This document shows, piece by piece, positions 59,200 through 64,000 of a stretch of 64,000 bases of DNA. Location: assembly GCA_028287105.1 (NCBI GenBank), contig JAQBQH010000073.1, forward strand, positions 1,963 to 65,962, written 5' to 3'. The DNA is from Myxococcales bacterium (GTDB lineage Bacteria; Myxococcota_A; Polyangia; Palsa-1104). Positions within the stretch are counted from its first letter, which is position 1; the number at the start of each line of letters is the position of its first letter. The notes below the pieces were generated by a model. It ran no database searches, was not told where the DNA came from, and worked only from the letters and a program-made list of their open reading frames with translations. The position numbers and the translations under genes were made by a program.

Positions 59200-59423
59200 C
59201 TCGCCGTCGCGCCTGCCCGTCGCGCGCGAGGCCTTCGGCTGCTCCGCGGTCGCCCACTGCTCGCTGCAGGACCGTCCTTGCGGCGCGGCGATCCCTCCGA
59301 TAACCTTCACGACCATGGTACGCCCCGGCTTCAGCTGACGCGCGCGCTCGAATCGCGTGTCGATTTCCCACTCTTCCGTCTGTTAGAGCTCCGCGCCCCG
59401 CGCGGGGCGAAAGGAGCTTTCCC

Positions 59424-60599
59424 ATGCCGCATCCGTACGCTCTCGATGACAAATCGGCAGCACTGACCACCAGGACCGCCACGCTCGCCGACGACGTCGT
59501 CGCGCGCCACTCGGCGGAGGTCGATCGCAACGCTCGCTTCCCCGTCGAGAGCGTCGCCGCGCTCGGCTCCGCCGGTCTCCTCGGCCTCTGTGTGCCGTCC
59601 GATCTCGGCGGCCTCGGTCAGGGTCCGCGGGCGTTCTGCGCCGTCGCCGAGGAGCTCGGACGCGCGTGCGCTTCGACGGCGATGGTGTTCGTGATGCACA
59701 CCAGCGCAACCCAGGCGATCATCTCGTCGCAGTCTCTCGGCGATCGCGACGCGCTGCTCGCTGAGATCGCCAAGGGCGCGCACCTGACTACGCTCGCGCT
59801 GTCGGAAAAGGGATCCCGCTCGCAGTTCTGGGCGCCCGTGTCGAAGCTGACCGCCAGGGGCGAAGGCTTCGTCACCAATGCTGCCAAGTCATGGGTGACG
59901 TCAGCCAACCATGCCGACTCCTATGTGACCAGCGCGCAGATGCCCGACGCGAAGTCGCCGCTGGAGTCCACGATCTATCTGGCGCACACCGCGGCCAATG
60001 AGATTCGCCCGCAGCCCGGCTTCGACGGGCTCGGCCTGCGCGGCAACGACTCGGCACCGGTCAGCATCGAGAACCTGACCGTCGCCCGGCGCGATCTCGT
60101 GAGCGAGCTTGGCAAGGGCGCCGACACCATGCTGCAGGTCATCCTGCCCTGGTTCGCCATCGGCACCGCCGCGATGGCGCATGGATTGTGCCGCGCCGCG
60201 GTTGGCGCGACCGCCCATCATCTGTCGTCGACGGGCTTCGAGCACACCGGCACGTCGCTGCGCGATCTGCCGCAGCTGCGGGCGCGGCTGGCGCAGATGA
60301 GCGTGCGCACCGAAGCCTCGCGCGCGCTCCTCGGACGGGCGCTCGCCGAGATCGAAGCGGGCACGCCGGAGGCACCACTGTTCGTGCTCTCGACCCGCAA
60401 GGCGGCGCTGGAAGCGGCCCTGGAGGTGACCGATCTGGCGCTCAAGGCGTGCGGCGGGGCGGCATTCTCGCGTCAGATGCCGAGCGCGCCCATCGAGCGG
60501 CTGTTTCGCGACGCGCGCGCCGGCTGGGTGATGGCGCCCACTGTCGATCATCTGGATGACTTCATCGGCAAGGCCCTCACCGGGCTGCCGCTCTTCTAA
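59424..60599 (+). CDS. Acyl-CoA dehydrogenase family flavoprotein
   Basis: ASTAMVFVMH, LALSEKGS, KSWVTSA, GLGLRGNDS, ERLFRDARAG. Confidence 0.9.
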   Translation: MPHPYALDDKSAALTTRTATLADDVVARHSAEVDRNARFPVESVAALGSAGLLGLCVPSDLGGLGQGPRAFCAVAEELGRACASTAMVFVMHTSATQAIISSQSLGDRDALLAEIAKGAHLTTLALSEKGSRSQFWAPVSKLTARGEGFVTNAAKSWVTSANHADSYVTSAQMPDAKSPLESTIYLAHTAANEIRPQPGFDGLGLRGNDSAPVSIENLTVARRDLVSELGKGADTMLQVILPWFAIGTAAMAHGLCRAAVGATAHHLSSTGFEHTGTSLRDLPQLRARLAQMSVRTEASRALLGRALAEIEAGTPEAPLFVLSTRKAALEAALEVTDLALKACGGAAFSRQMPSAPIERLFRDARAGWVMAPTVDHLDDFIGKALTGLPLF

Positions 60600-60610
60600 A
60601 GGAGGCGATC

Positions 60611-61417
60611 ATGTCCGAGTCGATCTTGCTGGGCGCCGTCGCCTACGATCCGAAAGTCGTCACCATCTGGGAAGGTATCCGCGAATATTTTCGTGCCGAA
60701 GGCGTGGACCTCGACTTCGCGCTCTTCTCCAACTACGAGCGGCAGGTCGCCACGCTGCTGGCCGGCCACATCGACATCGCGTGGAACACGCCGCTCGGCC
60801 ACGTGCGCGTGCAGCGCCGTACCGAAGGACGCGCGCGCTCGCTCGGCATGCGCGACACCGATCGCGATTTCCACGCGAAGATCGTCGTCCGCCGCGACGC
60901 CGGCATTCGCACGCTCGCCGATCTGCCGGGCAAGATCTTGGCGGTCGGCAGTCGCGACTCGACGCAGGCACGCATCCTGCCGCTCCACTTCTTGCGCAAA
61001 GAAGGCGTGGCGCTCGACCGCGTTCAGCTCCTGCCGTTCGACACGGATCTCGGCAAACATGGCGACACCGGGGCGAGCGAGCTCGACGTGCTGCGCGCGC
61101 TCGCGGACGGGCGCGCACATGCTGGCGCCGTCGGCGATCTCGTCTGGATCAACGAGCAGTCTGCCGGTCGTATCGACCCGCAGCTCGTCGATGTGCTGTA
61201 TACGACGCCCGGCTTCGATCACTGCATGTTCGACGCGTTGCCCTCGCTGTCGGAAGCGAAGGTCGAGGCGTTCCAGCGCGCGCTGTTCGCGATGCGGTGG
61301 GAGGAGCCGGCGCACCGACGGTTGCTGGAGCTCGAAGGACTGCGCGAATGGATGCCGCCGCGCGAAGAGGGTTACGACAGCCTGCGGCGCGCGCTCGAAG
61401 AGACCGCCGAGTGGTGA
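60611..61417 (+). CDS. PhnD-like substrate-binding-fold protein lacking a signal peptide
   Basis: GAVAYDPKVVTIWEG, DIAWNTPL, LAVGSRDSTQA, GKHGDTG, FDHC; AAGGAGG RBS. Confidence 0.8.
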   Translation: MSESILLGAVAYDPKVVTIWEGIREYFRAEGVDLDFALFSNYERQVATLLAGHIDIAWNTPLGHVRVQRRTEGRARSLGMRDTDRDFHAKIVVRRDAGIRTLADLPGKILAVGSRDSTQARILPLHFLRKEGVALDRVQLLPFDTDLGKHGDTGASELDVLRALADGRAHAGAVGDLVWINEQSAGRIDPQLVDVLYTTPGFDHCMFDALPSLSEAKVEAFQRALFAMRWEEPAHRRLLELEGLREWMPPREEGYDSLRRALEETAEW

Positions 61418-62598
61418 GCCGCGCGGGCGCGGTCGCGATCAACGGCGGCGACCTGGCGCTCGGCGGCGGTCTGTTGGCGCTCCTACGGCCGGCATTGGAC
61501 CTACTCGCGCCCGGCGGTGTCGTCGCACTCCGCTCGTCGAGCGCGGGCGTGCGCCACGATCTACCGTCCTGGTGTCGCTTCGAGCGTCACACCTATCTCG
61601 AGTGCGAGCCGCAGTCGGACGGCAGCGACCTGCACCTCGTCGGCCGCGGACGGTTCGCCGTTGCGTACGCGACGGACGCCGCGACCGGCGAGGCCGATCC
61701 GCACACGGGCTTCGCACCTCTCGGCGCGCGAGTCGAGCGTGGTGGGCCTCGCTATCCCTTCACGATCAATCGGCGAGATTCGGCGCCGCCACCACAAACG
61801 ACGCGCCAGCTCTACGACCAGGCGACCCTGGCGCAGTGGGACGCGGCGCGTGACATTCCCTGGGATCGCGTGCAACCGCTCTCCCCCATCGTCGAGCGCG
61901 CCGTCGGCCAGGTGATGACGTTCCTGGCGGAGAACGAGCTGTCTGCGCTCTACGTGCCCTCCAAGTTCGTGGCGCGCTTGCATCCCGCGTACGCGGAGAC
62001 GGCGATGTTCCTGGCCACGCAAATGATGGACGAGGCACGCCACATCGATGTGTTCTTGCGGCGCGCGCGGGCCGGCGGCGGTGCGCTCGGCGTTTCTAGC
62101 GTCACGACGTCGCGTTCGCTCTTGTCCCTACTGGAGCTCGAAGACTTCACGGAGGCCGCGTTTCTATTGTCGGTCCTCGGTGAAGGCACGTTCCTCGATC
62201 TGCTGCGCTACATCGAACGCCATGCGCCCGACGAGGTAACGGCGGAAATCGCTCGGCGCACGCGCGCGGACGAGTCGCGTCATGTTCACTTCGGCGTGAT
62301 GCATGTACGTCAGGCGCTCGGCTGCGACGCCGCGCTGGCGCGACGTCTCGAAGAGACAGTCCGCCAACGCGCCGCGACGCTTCATGGTGTCTCGGGCGTC
62401 CCCGCTCCGATCCAGGATGCGTTGACCATCCTTGCCGCAGGCAGTGACGAGCCTGGAGCTGTGGCACGGGGTCATGAAGCATTCCGCGAGCTGTTGTCGG
62501 ACATGCATGCGGGCCGGCTGAAGCGGCTCGTGCACGCCGGGTTCACACCGGCGCAGGCGCAGTTGCTGTCGGAGCTGCACACCCCGAACTTCATGTAA
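61414..62598 (+). CDS. TusA-like domain fused to a ferritin-like di-iron domain
   Basis: N-terminal LAPGGVVALRSS...HDLPSWCRFERH (TusA/SirA-like); di-iron motifs AENE, DEARH, LGEG, DESRH. Confidence 0.8.
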   Translation: MSRAGAVAINGGDLALGGGLLALLRPALDLLAPGGVVALRSSSAGVRHDLPSWCRFERHTYLECEPQSDGSDLHLVGRGRFAVAYATDAATGEADPHTGFAPLGARVERGGPRYPFTINRRDSAPPPQTTRQLYDQATLAQWDAARDIPWDRVQPLSPIVERAVGQVMTFLAENELSALYVPSKFVARLHPAYAETAMFLATQMMDEARHIDVFLRRARAGGGALGVSSVTTSRSLLSLLELEDFTEAAFLLSVLGEGTFLDLLRYIERHAPDEVTAEIARRTRADESRHVHFGVMHVRQALGCDAALARRLEETVRQRAATLHGVSGVPAPIQDALTILAAGSDEPGAVARGHEAFRELLSDMHAGRLKRLVHAGFTPAQAQLLSELHTPNFM

Positions 62599-62828
62599 CG
62601 AGTCTGCCCGAGAGCGCCGAGATCCTGACGTAGCGGATCGTGCCGGTACACGCCAGTCACGGCGACGAGCTTCTTCACATTCTTGCAGCGCCCGACGACG
62701 AATTACGGGAACCATCCGACTTCGGACAGGGCGCGACGTCCCCATCTACGTCGAGAGGTCGGTCACATGCCGGCCAATGCGGCGAAACATCGGCCGTGAG
62801 CAGGTCAACTGGAGCGGGAGGCGCAAGC

Positions 62829-64000
62829 ATGAAGACGCTGATGCGAACTGTCCGGTGTCATCGACCAACGTTGGTCGCCCTCGTGAAAACGGGGACCGCG
62901 CTCTTGATCCTTGGCCCACTCGGGTGCGGCAACAGCAACACCACGCGGCAGGGTCCCGAGATCCCGCAGCCGACCATGTGCCAGCAGGTGAACATCGGAT
63001 CGATCTTGCCGGGCGGGGCGAACATCGATCCCGACGTGGTGCAAATCAACGCCTCGATAAGTGCCACCGAGGCCGCCGCCCTCGCGCAAGCGACGACCTC
63101 CGCCTCGCTCGACTTCTATCACCAGATCACGCTGCTCGGAAAGATCGAGATCTATGACGTGAATCTCTCGGTGAACAAGAACGTCGCCTGCGCCACTTGC
63201 CATGTTCCTGACGCCGGTTTCACGGGTGGCAGTTCTTTTATCAACCAGACCATCGTTGCGCAGCCCGGCTCGGTTGCCATCACCAATGCGACCGGAATGG
63301 GGCCGAACGCACGCGTTTCCGCGCGGAAACCGCAGACCTATAGCTATGCACCGTTTGCGCCCATCCTTCACTACAATGCGACCCAGCAGGACTTCTACGG
63401 CGGCAACTTCTGGGATATGCGGGCGACGGGAATCCGGCTGGACAACGGAGCCGCCGAGCAGGCCCAGGGACCTCCCGTCAATCCCCTGGAGATGGGACTT
63501 CCTGATACTACGTGTGCGGTTTATCGAGTGTCACAGGGTCCATATAGAGCCTTTTTCGAACAGATCTGGGGTACCCAGTCCTTCGCCATCAACTGGCCTG
63601 CGAATATCGCGCAACTGTGCTCGACGCCGTCTTCGGCAAGCGTGCCCGCCGGTACGACCCTACCGCCACAGAACGGTACGCTTCCGGTTCCGTTGAGCGA
63701 TCTCGACCGGGGACGGTCCAATGACACCTATGACAACATGGTGCTGGCCATCGCTTCGTATGAAGCGGGGCCCGAGGTCAGTCCGTTCTCGTCGAAGTTC
63801 GACTTCTTCCTGGCCGGCGCCGCCCAACTGACCGCACAGGAGCAGAACGGCTGGGCGCTCTTTCACGGCAAGGCACATTGCAATGAATGCCACCTCGATG
63901 GAACCGAGGCCAATGCGCCCGGGAAGGTCACGCCCGCAGACGTCGCGCCGCTGTTCAGCGACTTCACGTCGAACAACATCGGCGTTCCAGCAAATCCCTG
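62829..64000 (+). CDS. Di-haem cytochrome c peroxidase / MauG family lipoprotein; runs off the window end
   Basis: Lipobox PLGC, LSVNKNVACATCH, GGNFWDMRA, QAQGPPVNPLEMG, SSKFD, HCNECH, NIGVP. Absent from the ORF track because no stop lies in the window. Confidence 0.9.
   Translation, partial: MKTLMRTVRCHRPTLVALVKTGTALLILGPLGCGNSNTTRQGPEIPQPTMCQQVNIGSILPGGANIDPDVVQINASISATEAAALAQATTSASLDFYHQITLLGKIEIYDVNLSVNKNVACATCHVPDAGFTGGSSFINQTIVAQPGSVAITNATGMGPNARVSARKPQTYSYAPFAPILHYNATQQDFYGGNFWDMRATGIRLDNGAAEQAQGPPVNPLEMGLPDTTCAVYRVSQGPYRAFFEQIWGTQSFAINWPANIAQLCSTPSSASVPAGTTLPPQNGTLPVPLSDLDRGRSNDTYDNMVLAIASYEAGPEVSPFSSKFDFFLAGAAQLTAQEQNGWALFHGKAHCNECHLDGTEANAPGKVTPADVAPLFSDFTSNNIGVPANP

Overview
GC-rich bacterial DNA. 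The gene style (many Cys-lipoproteins, TPR+lipoprotein pair, VWA lipoprotein, ECF sigma/anti-sigma module, sigma54 regulator) suggests Myxococcota/Polyangia; this assignment is inference. The main structure the ORF track does not explain is in the first 11.4 kb. Three copies of a ~135-bp element (933-1068, 7335-7469, 11228-11362) each consist of a ~70-bp imperfect inverted repeat with compensatory changes, followed by the 3' 44 nt of a tRNA with a CAT anticodon (anticodon loop to CCA). They delimit cargo segments of about 6.4 and 3.9 kb with no recognisable integrase, consistent with a tandem array of tRNA-anchored islands or cassettes. The rest of the window holds a PaoABC/XdhC/MocA-type molybdoenzyme cluster with an unusual redoxin-Tat-2Fe-2S fusion, a caa3 oxidase + Rieske/cytochrome b operon, secreted hydrolases and lipoproteins, a porin with a putative operator and a regulator remnant, several signalling genes, an internally deleted IS5-family element, an acyl-CoA-dehydrogenase / PhnD-like / TusA-ferritin operon of unknown function, and a truncated di-haem cytochrome c peroxidase. 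No CRISPR array, rRNA or intact tRNA was seen. All calls come from reading motifs by eye; no database search was run.
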